Positions 38,593-47,698 of a stretch of DNA of 64,000 nucleotides are shown in pieces. A model generated the notes under the pieces. It did no database searches, had not been told where the DNA came from, and saw nothing but the letters and a program-made list of their open reading frames with translations. This DNA is from Spirochaetia bacterium (GTDB taxonomy: Bacteria; Spirochaetota; Spirochaetia; UBA9216). The position numbers were made by a program, and so were the translations under genes. Location of the stretch: NCBI GenBank assembly GCA_963677925.2, contig CAXXYH010000003.1, positions 1,632,001 through 1,696,000 on the forward strand. The letters are read 5' to 3'. The stretch's first letter is position 1, and each line of letters opens with the position of its first letter.

Positions 38593-39461
38593 ATTTCCGC
38601 CTCCCGCTCAAGAAGTTCACCAAAACGCAACTTGTAATCTTCAAGATTCTTATCCCATGCAGAGTTATCAATAAACGGATTTAAACTGGAATTCTCTTCC
38701 ATCTTTTTACGCCTGTCGAGTACCCCATTTGGACGGGGATGGGTATCGAGTGTAATATCGATTTCTATCCCTTTTAGCTGCTCAATTGATTCAAGATACT
38801 GGTCCCTTGTCGAAAGATCTATTCCATACTTTAAAAGTCTTCCAATATGCAGAGGGAGGTTTCCATTTACTCCGCACAATCCAGCTTTAAGCGTTTTTAC
38901 GCTATCGGGTATCTCAAATAAAAAGGTTGTAGCGCCCGCTGAATGTCCGGGACTGTGTACACACTTTATATCAAACCCACCGAGTGACAATATTTCGCCA
39001 TCTGAGAACTCTACATCCGGCGAAAACATAGCTGCATCAGGACTGTATGATGATTGCAGCTCGGTGTGGTGAGGGAACACCCTCATCGTATGGGCAGCCT
39101 TAGCATGAATAAATGTCTTGCACCCATACCTCCGCTGCAGAAAATAAGTACTTCCAAAATGATCAAGATGCTCATGAGTGTGAATTATATATTTCAACTG
39201 TTCAGGTTTAAAACCCAGACACTCTATTCTTTTACACAGAAGATCTGCAGTATGGGCAAACCCGGTATCAAAAAGGATCAAGCCCTCATTTGTATTGAGA
39301 AGGTGACAGCTAACAACCTTGTCCCCCACCCAATACAGCTCTCCAAAAATACGAAATGGCTCGATCCACATACTCATTGGATCCTTAACATATGAAATAG
39401 TTCGTTTATCCAACCCGAGTTCTATTTCGTCCCAGGCTGCTATTGCTTTAAATTTGTCCAT
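38589..39461 (-). CDS. subclass-B3-like MBL-fold metallo-hydrolase
   Basis: PFRIFGELYWVG, GLILFDTG, THEHLDH, PGHSAG, DTHP. Confidence 0.8.
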   Translation of the reverse strand: MDKFKAIAAWDEIELGLDKRTISYVKDPMSMWIEPFRIFGELYWVGDKVVSCHLLNTNEGLILFDTGFAHTADLLCKRIECLGFKPEQLKYIIHTHEHLDHFGSTYFLQRRYGCKTFIHAKAAHTMRVFPHHTELQSSYSPDAAMFSPDVEFSDGEILSLGGFDIKCVHSPGHSAGATTFLFEIPDSVKTLKAGLCGVNGNLPLHIGRLLKYGIDLSTRDQYLESIEQLKGIEIDITLDTHPRPNGVLDRRKKMEENSSLNPFIDNSAWDKNLEDYKLRFGELLEREAEI

Positions 39462-39469
39462 AAGTTTCT

Positions 39470-40618
39470 CTATATATCCTTAACCGAACCGTCAAAAGCT
39501 CTCTGTCCCCAGAAATCCTGACGTTCCGAACTTGGCGGAAAATGTGTTTCAATATCTGGAATAAGTTCAATACCAATCCCGGGAGTATCAGGAATCATAA
39601 GACACCCGTCCACAACTTCAAAAGGCTCTACCATCATTTCATTCTCACCGCTGCCCTCATAGAAAGAGGGAAACTCCTGTATACCGAAGTTTGGAATACA
39701 GGCATCAAGCTGCAGGCATGCCGCAGTTGAAACCGGGCCAAGAGGGTTATGCGGTACAATACCTGCATAATGCGCCTCTGCTATTGAAGCAATCTTTTTT
39801 GAAGCAGTTATACCGCCCACTACGCATAGATCGGGCCTAACATATTTCGCCCCGTCTTTGGCAAGCAGCAACTCAAACTCATGTATGTTAATAAAGCGCT
39901 CACCAGTTGCCAACGGAACAGAAGTCTTAAGTGCCATATCAGCCATTGCATTGCAGTTATCGGGCGGAATCGGGTCTTCAATAAACATTGGCCTGTAAGG
40001 TTCAACTCCTTGCGCAAATAAAGCGGCTTCCGCGGGACTCATACTACGGTGAACCTCAAGGCAGAGATCAAAATCATTTCCCACAGCCTCACGGCAAAGC
40101 CTGACTTTTTCTACCGCAATCTGGACCCGGTTAGAAAATATAGATGCGCTCATTTCGGACAGACCGTTTTTTACCCCATCAGTTATCATGAGTCTGGCTG
40201 CTGTAAACCCATTTTCCTTAAGCTTTTTACAGCCTTCAGCCATCCTTTCAGCTGTAAACTCAAAAACCGGAGCATAGGATCTTACACGATCACGGCACTT
40301 ACCACCAAGAAGCTCATATACCGGAACATCAAGAGCTTTCCCCTTTATATCCCAAAGGGCAATATCGATAGCAGATATAGCGCTCATTATTACAGCTCCC
40401 CTGAAATATGTACTTCGATACATTGCCTGCCAGTGATGTTCAACTGTAAGTGGATTTTTCCCTATCAGCTGTTTCCTGAACTTTTCGATAGCACCAATTG
40501 TAGCATCGGGAAAGCTCCAGGCTCCGGCTTCTCCAGTCCCACTGATTCCCGCGTCAGTCTCAATCTTAATAAAAAGATACCTGCTGGCTCTGATTATTTT
40601 TATGTCTGAAATTTTCAT
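39470..40618 (-). CDS. mandelate racemase/enolase-superfamily acid-sugar dehydratase (DgoD-like)
   Basis: SAISAIDIALWDIKGK, LGGKCRD, EVH, FIEDP, TGER, PHNPLGP, IQE; start moved to ATG 40618. Confidence 0.85.
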   Translation of the reverse strand: MKISDIKIIRASRYLFIKIETDAGISGTGEAGAWSFPDATIGAIEKFRKQLIGKNPLTVEHHWQAMYRSTYFRGAVIMSAISAIDIALWDIKGKALDVPVYELLGGKCRDRVRSYAPVFEFTAERMAEGCKKLKENGFTAARLMITDGVKNGLSEMSASIFSNRVQIAVEKVRLCREAVGNDFDLCLEVHRSMSPAEAALFAQGVEPYRPMFIEDPIPPDNCNAMADMALKTSVPLATGERFINIHEFELLLAKDGAKYVRPDLCVVGGITASKKIASIAEAHYAGIVPHNPLGPVSTAACLQLDACIPNFGIQEFPSFYEGSGENEMMVEPFEVVDGCLMIPDTPGIGIELIPDIETHFPPSSERQDFWGQRAFDGSVKDI

Positions 40619-40639
40619 AGTATCTCTCCCGGCCATCTC

Positions 40640-42151
40640 TTATTCTCCTGTTTTATTTGCCGCTCTCGCCTGTTTTCTTGCCTGCAAGGTCGGTTTCAGA
40701 AAGGCATAAACAATACTCAGAATAGAAATAACGAGAAGAGCTGCTGAGATTGGCCTGGTAAAAAACACTAAAACCCCGGTTCGCGAATACTGGATCCCGC
40801 GTCGGAGGTATGTCTCCAACATCGGAGCCAGAATATATGCAAGGATAAGCGGAACTATCGGAAAATCACCCCAGGCCAGAAGAAAAGCTATCAGACCGCA
40901 AATTAAAAGAAGAATAATTGTAAAAATACTATTTGTATCTGAGTAGGCCCCTACAAAACAGATAAGCATGATAATCGGAAGCAGAAAATGAAACTTCACC
41001 TGAAGAAGTTTTGGAAAAAGCCTCATCCCGAAATACTGCACAAACATAGTCAGTACCGCAGCAAGAAGAAGCGCTCCAAACATTACATAGGAAAAATGAG
41101 GATTATTCTCCATGAGCAGTGGTCCTGGAGTAAGGCCTTGAATTGTGAGAGCACCGAGTAGCAGGGCAGTTGTCGAATCACCCGGAATTCCAAGAGACAT
41201 CATCGGGATTATCGCCCCGCCTATCGTAGCATTATTCGCAGTCTCTGTTGCGAATAATCCTTCAATCGTACCCTTTCCGTACTCTTCAGGGTGCTTCGAT
41301 GAATCTTTGGCTTTTGCATATGCAACCACCGCTGAAATACCGGAGCCCATCCCTGGAAGAAACCCGATTCCAAGACCGATAAAAAATGATCTTACCATGT
41401 TCCAAATATTGGAAGTAAATTCCCGAAGAGTGAATCCGAGTCCTCTTATCTTGCTGTCCTTTACCTTCGGTAATGTAACATCCCCCTTTCCAAAATCGAC
41501 AAGTATCTGTCTGACAGCAAAAAATCCTATCATGGTAGCTGCAAGTGGTACGCCGCCATAAAGCCGCATTGTACCAAAGTTGAATCTTACCGTACCGCAT
41601 ATCGGAGCTGAACCAACGCTGCCGATAAGAAAACCGATTGCAGCAGCCGCAAGCCCTTTGAGAACTTTACCGTCGGATAAGGACACAATCAGAGAAATAG
41701 CTAGCATACATAATCCAAAAAGTTCCCAGGGCCCGAGTTTTACAGCCAGCGATGCAATAAGAGGACTCAAAAACAGAGCTATCAGAACACTGAAAAAAGT
41801 TCCAATAAATGATGCAACGATTCCGATCCCCAAGGCCTTGACCGCCTCACCTTTTTTTGCCAAAGGCCAGGCTTCAAATGTGGTGGGAACTGCCGCAGGG
41901 GCACCGGGTATACCTATGAGGGTAGACGCAATAAAACCGCCGGAGATACCTCCAATATATATACTTACAAGCAGTGCAATTGCAGGTTCCGCCTGCATTG
42001 CAAAGGTGAATGGAAGCAAAATAACGATTGCAAGAGCCCCGGCAAGCCCGGGAATCGCTCCAAAAATAATGCCGATTATTACACCAGCCAGAATCAGTAA
42101 AAAAGTAGTCGGCGTAAATAAGGAGCCGGCAACATATAACAGATATTCCAT
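40640..42151 (-). CDS. tctA: tripartite tricarboxylate transporter permease TctA
   Basis: GAIPGL, IPGAPAA, GFLPGMG, ETANNA..GG..IP...LGIPGD, PGPLL. Confidence 0.92.
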   Translation of the reverse strand: MEYLLYVAGSLFTPTTFLLILAGVIIGIIFGAIPGLAGALAIVILLPFTFAMQAEPAIALLVSIYIGGISGGFIASTLIGIPGAPAAVPTTFEAWPLAKKGEAVKALGIGIVASFIGTFFSVLIALFLSPLIASLAVKLGPWELFGLCMLAISLIVSLSDGKVLKGLAAAAIGFLIGSVGSAPICGTVRFNFGTMRLYGGVPLAATMIGFFAVRQILVDFGKGDVTLPKVKDSKIRGLGFTLREFTSNIWNMVRSFFIGLGIGFLPGMGSGISAVVAYAKAKDSSKHPEEYGKGTIEGLFATETANNATIGGAIIPMMSLGIPGDSTTALLLGALTIQGLTPGPLLMENNPHFSYVMFGALLLAAVLTMFVQYFGMRLFPKLLQVKFHFLLPIIMLICFVGAYSDTNSIFTIILLLICGLIAFLLAWGDFPIVPLILAYILAPMLETYLRRGIQYSRTGVLVFFTRPISAALLVISILSIVYAFLKPTLQARKQARAANKTGE

Positions 42152-42162
42152 TTATCCTCTCC

Positions 42163-42645
42163 TTAATTAATCAGCATTCTAATAAGGTCACCGGTCGGCA
42201 GCTTTATTTTGATAATATAAATAAACACAACATAGAGTATTACAGTGACTGAAACAGTTATAAAAATCTTTTTCCAGATAGACTCTGTTTTTGATAGGTC
42301 AAACATTGAGATCATAATAAACAGCAAAATTAAGGCTGAAATAATGAAACCAAGATACTTGAACATGACAGGAAACATAGCCAGCAGGATTACAAGTTTC
42401 AGAACTCTGAGCCATCCCGCTTTATCCAGAAAAGGACCCTTGCCTTTTTCTTTCTCTGTCTCTTTTTTAAAAAATAGCGCAACAGCGCAAAGCAGCAGCC
42501 CGCCCGAAGCTATATACGGAAAAACTTTCGGCCCGACCATGCCTGAATATCGTGATGTGGGAAGCTGGCTGGTTAAAATGAGGAATAACAAACTGACCAG
42601 GGTCAGTACTATCCCTATTACTCTATTCTTATTCAAGAAAATCAC
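42163..42645 (-). CDS. tctB: tripartite tricarboxylate transporter small subunit TctB
   Basis: 4 TM, GPKVFP, LGF, LP.G; lies between tctC and tctA. Confidence 0.85.
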   Translation of the reverse strand: MIFLNKNRVIGIVLTLVSLLFLILTSQLPTSRYSGMVGPKVFPYIASGGLLLCAVALFFKKETEKEKGKGPFLDKAGWLRVLKLVILLAMFPVMFKYLGFIISALILLFIMISMFDLSKTESIWKKIFITVSVTVILYVVFIYIIKIKLPTGDLIRMLIN

Positions 42646-42655
42646 CCCTTATAGT

Positions 42656-42693
42656 AATTGCCCCAACTCCCCGTGCCGGGAATTGGGGCAATT
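42656..42693 (-). other. intercistronic stem-loop after tctC
   Basis: AATTGCCCCAA...TTGGGGCAATT inverted repeat. Confidence 0.6.
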
Positions 42694-42708
42694 TAAAATC
42701 AAATGTGC

Positions 42709-43704
42709 CTATAGACCAAGCTCTGCCGCAAGCTTCTTCAGCATGGCATGTGTATCATGCATGAATTGAACCGATTCTTCTGTTGTTCTTTCAATTACAT
42801 ACCCGCCGCGCTTTTCAATTGCTTCTTTTGATGCCGCATCAGTTGTACCAAAGCCGTCGAGAACTGTATTTATCCTGTCAACAAGTTCAGCAGACATTCC
42901 ATTTGGACCGTAAAGCATAAACTCGCCTTCCCACACAACATCGTACCCCTGTTCTACTGCAGTAGGGAACTGCGTAAAAGCGAAATCACGTTCGCGTCCG
43001 GTAATACCCAGAACTTTCATTTTACCTGCTTTTACATACTGATCTGCATTTCCCATACCTACATTACATATATCAATATGACCTCCGAGAAGTGCAGTAA
43101 TTTTTTCCGCCTCGCTGCCGGCATCTACCATCTTAAAAGTTGCTCCGGATTCCTGCTCAAAAATTGCCATAACAAAGTGAGATGTCAAGCCTGCAGCCGC
43201 TCCCCATATAATGTCCCCGGGACGAGACTTCGCATCTGCTACAAGGTCATCAAAAGTATTCCAAGGGGCATCCGCACTGACTACCAGGGCGTTATTTCCT
43301 GCGTTCACAACCGAAGAAATACAGGTAAAATCTGTATCAGGATCTTTATTGTACACACCGGTATAGCTTGAAATTGGAAAAGATGTATGGAAATAGTAAA
43401 GGGTAAGGCCATCGGGCTCAGAAGTCCGCACCTGCTCAGCTCCTACAGAACCGCCACCCTCGGTTACATTCATAACAGCACATGGGGTGCCTGTTATCCT
43501 CTGAACATAATCAGCAAAAATCCTTGCATGATAGTCGGCGAAACCACCTGCTCTTGATGAACAGATAATCGTAATTGGTCCAGACGGCCAATCTTCAGCT
43601 GTTACAGGGGCGGAAGTGGAACCAGATTCCTGCTGACCTCCTGCAAAGACTGCTGTACCAAAAACTGTAATAAGAATTACAGCTAAAATTAACAGCTTTT
43701 TCAT
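42709..43704 (-). CDS. tctC: tripartite tricarboxylate transporter substrate-binding protein TctC
   Basis: WPSGPITII....AGG..D..AR, NV.EGGG.VG, PDGLTL, ALLGGHID, PT..EQG. Confidence 0.9.
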   Translation of the reverse strand: MKKLLILAVILITVFGTAVFAGGQQESGSTSAPVTAEDWPSGPITIICSSRAGGFADYHARIFADYVQRITGTPCAVMNVTEGGGSVGAEQVRTSEPDGLTLYYFHTSFPISSYTGVYNKDPDTDFTCISSVVNAGNNALVVSADAPWNTFDDLVADAKSRPGDIIWGAAAGLTSHFVMAIFEQESGATFKMVDAGSEAEKITALLGGHIDICNVGMGNADQYVKAGKMKVLGITGRERDFAFTQFPTAVEQGYDVVWEGEFMLYGPNGMSAELVDRINTVLDGFGTTDAASKEAIEKRGGYVIERTTEESVQFMHDTHAMLKKLAAELGL

Positions 43705-43824
43705 AAACTCTCCTTTTGCTCTAAAGATATTTTAAAGTGAAATAATTATTCTTGATAATTATTCTTAATCACGATTATAATGTAGGCCTATTGATAAGTA
43801 AAATTAAATGTTTTTCACTACATA

Positions 43825-43839
43825 TTAAGTTTTACTTAA
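43825..43839. promoter_or_regulatory. LysR-type T-N11-A palindromic box
   Basis: TTAAG-TTTTA-CTTAA between the divergent tctC and lysR genes. Confidence 0.5.
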
Positions 43840-43860
43840 CATCAAGTAAGGGGAAAGTAT

Positions 43861-44811
43861 GTGGATATGACATTTTTAAAATATATAATCACAGTAGCCG
43901 AAGAAAAAAAACTCTCTAAAGCTTCTGAACGGCTGTTCATAACCTCATCAGCACTAAGCCAATGTATAAAGAAGCTTGAAGGAGAGCTTGGTATTCCGAT
44001 ATTTGAAAAGATAAATAATCAAACCTTCCACCTCACCGAAGGGGGACGAATATATGTTGAGGCGGCAAAAGAGATCCTTGATAAAAAAGAACATACTTAT
44101 CGAATACTTAAGGATGTACAACATGCAAACCGTGGAAACTTCACATTTGGTTGTTCACCAAAACGCGGTTTGGCAATGCTTTCCAATATCTATCCAAAAT
44201 TTTATAAGGCATTTCCAGATGTCAAAATCGATCTACAAGAAGCTAACCTGAATACTCTCAGGGATTCTGTCTTGAAAGGCTCTGTTGATATAGCTATCCT
44301 CACCCCGCTGAATGAAGAACATAAACAATTAAACCTTGAGCCTATAGATCAAGAGGAGGTGATACTAGCTATCCCCTATACTCACCCTCTTGCACATCTT
44401 GCTGGTAATAATGGAACTGGAACTATCCCTCTTGCTAATCTAAAATTATTCAAATCGGACAACTGGATGCTCGCAAATAAAAACTCCATGCACCGCAACC
44501 TTACAGACCAGCTCTTCCAACAAGCCAGCTTCGTTCCAGATAAAGTACTTTTGGAAACATCTACAACCGGGGTTCACCTCTCAGCTATCGAAGAAGGTAT
44601 TGCTGTCAGCCTTGTTCCAATGCCGCGTAATCCGGATGAAGTTAAGATAATCAAGCTGCACCTTGAACCTAGGCCATATAGAAAACTCTATGCCGCATAT
44701 CGGAAGAGCTATCTTTTGTCTAAAAACCAGCGGTACTTTATTGACCTAATGGCTGAGTTTTACCGTACTGCACGAAATCAAACCCTACCACCCCACAGGA
44801 CTGGTTGGTGA
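43861..44811 (+). CDS. LysR-family transcriptional regulator
   Basis: SKASERLFITSSALSQCIKKLEGELG..IFE...LTEGG HTH plus substrate-binding domain. Confidence 0.93.
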   Translation: MDMTFLKYIITVAEEKKLSKASERLFITSSALSQCIKKLEGELGIPIFEKINNQTFHLTEGGRIYVEAAKEILDKKEHTYRILKDVQHANRGNFTFGCSPKRGLAMLSNIYPKFYKAFPDVKIDLQEANLNTLRDSVLKGSVDIAILTPLNEEHKQLNLEPIDQEEVILAIPYTHPLAHLAGNNGTGTIPLANLKLFKSDNWMLANKNSMHRNLTDQLFQQASFVPDKVLLETSTTGVHLSAIEEGIAVSLVPMPRNPDEVKIIKLHLEPRPYRKLYAAYRKSYLLSKNQRYFIDLMAEFYRTARNQTLPPHRTGW

Positions 44812-45302
44812 TCTTCACAATGTTCGACAGAGTCATATACAGACCGGATATGGACCTCAGAGATATCGAGATTGAACTGAAACCGGAGAATACTGCCAAC
44901 ATTGACGGAACAGACATGGTGAAGCTGTCCTATCTTGAAGAGGTTTTCGACACAGAGATGTCGGTATTTGAAATCAGAGCCAAAGCTACAAAACAGGGAT
45001 CCAATGAAATAACCGCACAGACCACAGCGACGAACATAGTACTCGGCTATGAAAATATCAATATTGTAGTGGACAAGAAAATCTACCGCATCAACCAGGA
45101 GCGTTATTACGAAGGTGCCTTCCATATGGAAACAGAAGATGAGAGCTTCCTGAACCCAGCATCGCAGTTCTCTGTCGCTCCCTACATGGACAATCACGAA
45201 ATCTTTATTCCGGTCTTTGAAGTATTGGAGGCTCTCGGATGTACACTTGAAAAGCTTAGCGGCTCTGATCCAAACACCGTTTACAAAGTTGTTATTAACT
45301 AA
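44805..45302 (+). CDS. hypothetical protein with stalk / copper-amine-oxidase N-terminal-like segment; possibly a 5'-truncated remnant
   Basis: C-terminal APYMDNHEIFIPVFEVLEALG resembles stalk domains; no signal peptide, weak start overlapping lysR. Confidence 0.5.
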   Translation: MVIFTMFDRVIYRPDMDLRDIEIELKPENTANIDGTDMVKLSYLEEVFDTEMSVFEIRAKATKQGSNEITAQTTATNIVLGYENINIVVDKKIYRINQERYYEGAFHMETEDESFLNPASQFSVAPYMDNHEIFIPVFEVLEALGCTLEKLSGSDPNTVYKVVIN

Positions 45303-45475
45303 TTATTCAAATAAAAGATCCATAATATTGGTGGGGCGGGGACATAGAAAGGAACGCCCCTCCCTTATTACAGACTGCTCTGCATTATTCAAGTTTGAGT
45401 GATACCTGAGGCTCTCGCTATCCATCCTCCATGACAGTTTGACAGCTCAGACCAGTCTTTTTTGCTCCTGCCCTG

Positions 45476-46027
45476 CTATCTGCCCGGGCTGTAACTCAGA
45501 CATCCTGATGGACAGGCTTCTACGCATTTAAGGCATTTCGAACACGCAAAGGCCTCTCCGGGAATCTTTTTATCTTCTTTATATAGACTGAAAGTCTCAG
45601 ACTCAAGGGTAGACAGGTAGCAGGCATTATCGCAGACTCCGCAGCTTTTGCAAGAATCTCTGTCCAGTTTTATCCTGAACAATGAGAATCTGTTAAGAAA
45701 ACCTGAAACCCAGGCAATCGGACATCCCATTTTATGATACTGGTATGTCTGTATGAACTTATCTTCATCGGGAACTGATCCGGTCAGAAGTTCCTTGATA
45801 AATCCCATAGGGCAAATCCAGCGGCAGAAAACCTTTCCAAATATTATTCCTGCTAAAGCCCCGGCGCCTAGAACATACCACAGGCCGATATGCAGATAAA
45901 AGACTGCGGCAAACATCCCTGCCCCGGCAAGCAGCTGTATCCATCTCCTCTTTGATGTAAAAAATGAGGTGATTTGTTTTCCTGATTTCACTATGACTTC
46001 TCCCTTTGGTTTACAAAGAGGATACAT
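45476..46027 (-). CDS. membrane 4Fe-4S binding protein (NapH/YccM-like, short)
   Basis: FGKVFCRWICPMG, CKSCGVCDNAC, CSKCLKCVEACP; true start probably GTG 45991 after GGAGA. Confidence 0.82.
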   Translation of the reverse strand: MYPLCKPKGEVIVKSGKQITSFFTSKRRWIQLLAGAGMFAAVFYLHIGLWYVLGAGALAGIIFGKVFCRWICPMGFIKELLTGSVPDEDKFIQTYQYHKMGCPIAWVSGFLNRFSLFRIKLDRDSCKSCGVCDNACYLSTLESETFSLYKEDKKIPGEAFACSKCLKCVEACPSGCLSYSPGR

Positions 46028-46081
46028 TCTTTATGGTCTTTTGTCTATATATAATTTTATATACATTGTTTTGTATCTGAT

Positions 46082-46109
46082 AAAAAAAGACCGGCATCGG
46101 CTGCCGGCC
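46082..46109 (-). terminator. intrinsic terminator downstream of the DeoR sugar operon
   Basis: Minus strand GGCCGGCA-GCCGA-TGCCGGTC-TTTTTTT. Confidence 0.7.
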
Positions 46110-46267
46110 AAAAGAAATCTCCACCCGCTTCTTGATGGATGAAACACCGGAACGCCTGGGTAGGGGCTTCCCGGTGTTTTTGCATAATATTTTTTTTCAT
46201 AAAAATATTATGCGTGTAAATCTATGGTAAGAATTAAAAAACTGAAGTTATTTAATTCTATTATACT

Positions 46268-47683
46268 TTAGTACTCTCTGATTTCGAAGTTCTGAGCTAT
46301 CAGTTTCCGGCCTTCCTCGTATGAGGAAACTTCACCGGCTGATACAGCCTGAATCAGAATATTTCCGAGGGCTGTTGCTTCTACAGGCCCGGCAAGAACA
46401 GGGCGTTTGAGAGCCTCAGCCGTCCATGTGTTTATAAGATCATTCTGACAGCCTCCGCCGATAATGTTCAGCTGCTCTACCCTCTTTCCGGTAATCTCCT
46501 CAAGTTTTCCGACTGTTTTCGCATATTTGTCGGCAAGGTTTCTGAATACGCATGCGGCAACCTCACCGGGGTTTGAAGGAACATCAGTTCCGGCATCTCT
46601 GCAGTACTGAATTATTCTGTCCGGCATGCTTCCGTCTGTAAGGCTTGATTTTAAAAACAGCGGATCATCAAGATCCACAGGCCAGTCCGCTGTACGAGCC
46701 TTCTCTGCCAGGCTTACTATCTCACCCCAGCCGAGTTCGTTGCCGCTCTTGTCCCAGTCGGCCTTGCATTCCTGAATAACCCAGAGGCCCATAATATTCT
46801 TAAGGTAGGTAATAAGCCCCTCTCGGCCGCCTTCATTGGTAAAATTGTACTTGAAACTGAGATCATTGATGATAGGCTTCTCAAGCTCAACACCAAGCAG
46901 CGACCAGGTGCCCGAACTCAGGTATGCGGCGTTTCCGCTGCCGGTATACGGCATTGCCGCAACCGCAGATGCCGTATCGTGGCAGGCCGGAGCGGTCACA
47001 ACAACATCGGAAGGCGCACCTATTTCGGCAGCTTCCTCAGGCAGGAGCTTTCCTATTACCGCGCCCGGAAGGACAACATCGCTGAAAATCTCCGGTTTAA
47101 ACCCGGCTGCGGTAATCAGGCTTTCAGACCACTTGCGGGTTTCAGGATTAAGAAGCTGAGTCGTTGATGCCTCTGAAAACTCGTTGCTTATTACGCCTGT
47201 AAGCCAGTAGTTGAGCAGATCCGGTACGGTCAGAAAATGCCTTGCAGCGGCAACCGTTTCAGGAGATTTTCTACTGTGGGCCAGCAGCTGAAAAATGGTA
47301 TTGAGCTGCATGAACTGAATACCGGTTTCCTTGTATATATCCTCTTTGGGAACAAGCTTAAAAAACTCTTCCTCCATACCGTCAGTCCTGCTGTCGCGGT
47401 AGTGGTATGGGTTGGAGATGAGGTCTCCGTTTTTATCAAGCAGGGCATAATCAACACCCCAGGTATCAATTCCAATACTTTTTATCTGATTTCCGTATTT
47501 ATCAAAGGCTTCCTTAAGTCCCTTCTTGATGTCCGTAAACAGGGCAAGAAAATCCCAGTATATTGTATCTTTGATCCTGACAACACGGCTTGGAAACCTT
47601 GTCATGATCTCTATCCCGTAGAGATCACCGACAATCACCCTGCCGCTTGATGCCCCCAGGTCTACAGCTATAAACTTCCTCAT
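46268..47683 (-). CDS. rhaB: rhamnulokinase-like FGGY sugar kinase
   Basis: AVDLGASSGR, SIGIDTWGVDY, YRDSRT, HDTASAV, SSGTWSLLG, FTNEGG, KNIMGLW, GPVEATALGN. Confidence 0.82.
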   Translation of the reverse strand: MRKFIAVDLGASSGRVIVGDLYGIEIMTRFPSRVVRIKDTIYWDFLALFTDIKKGLKEAFDKYGNQIKSIGIDTWGVDYALLDKNGDLISNPYHYRDSRTDGMEEEFFKLVPKEDIYKETGIQFMQLNTIFQLLAHSRKSPETVAAARHFLTVPDLLNYWLTGVISNEFSEASTTQLLNPETRKWSESLITAAGFKPEIFSDVVLPGAVIGKLLPEEAAEIGAPSDVVVTAPACHDTASAVAAMPYTGSGNAAYLSSGTWSLLGVELEKPIINDLSFKYNFTNEGGREGLITYLKNIMGLWVIQECKADWDKSGNELGWGEIVSLAEKARTADWPVDLDDPLFLKSSLTDGSMPDRIIQYCRDAGTDVPSNPGEVAACVFRNLADKYAKTVGKLEEITGKRVEQLNIIGGGCQNDLINTWTAEALKRPVLAGPVEATALGNILIQAVSAGEVSSYEEGRKLIAQNFEIREY

Positions 47684-47698
47684 AAATCAACCGCTCCC

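Noticed and set aside
38589-39461. Calling this gene an antibiotic-resistance metallo-beta-lactamase
   Set aside because: No signal peptide and embedded in a catabolic operon; fold similarity alone is insufficient.
43742-43766. Tandem ATAATTATTCTT repeat upstream of tctC, considered as a Fur-like box
   Set aside because: Very AT-rich context and an incomplete match; LysR control already explains the region.
45301-45425. About 40-codon minus-strand ORF (MDSESLRYH...) after the 4Fe-4S gene
   Set aside because: GGAGG abuts the ATG with no spacing and nothing is recognisable; no support.
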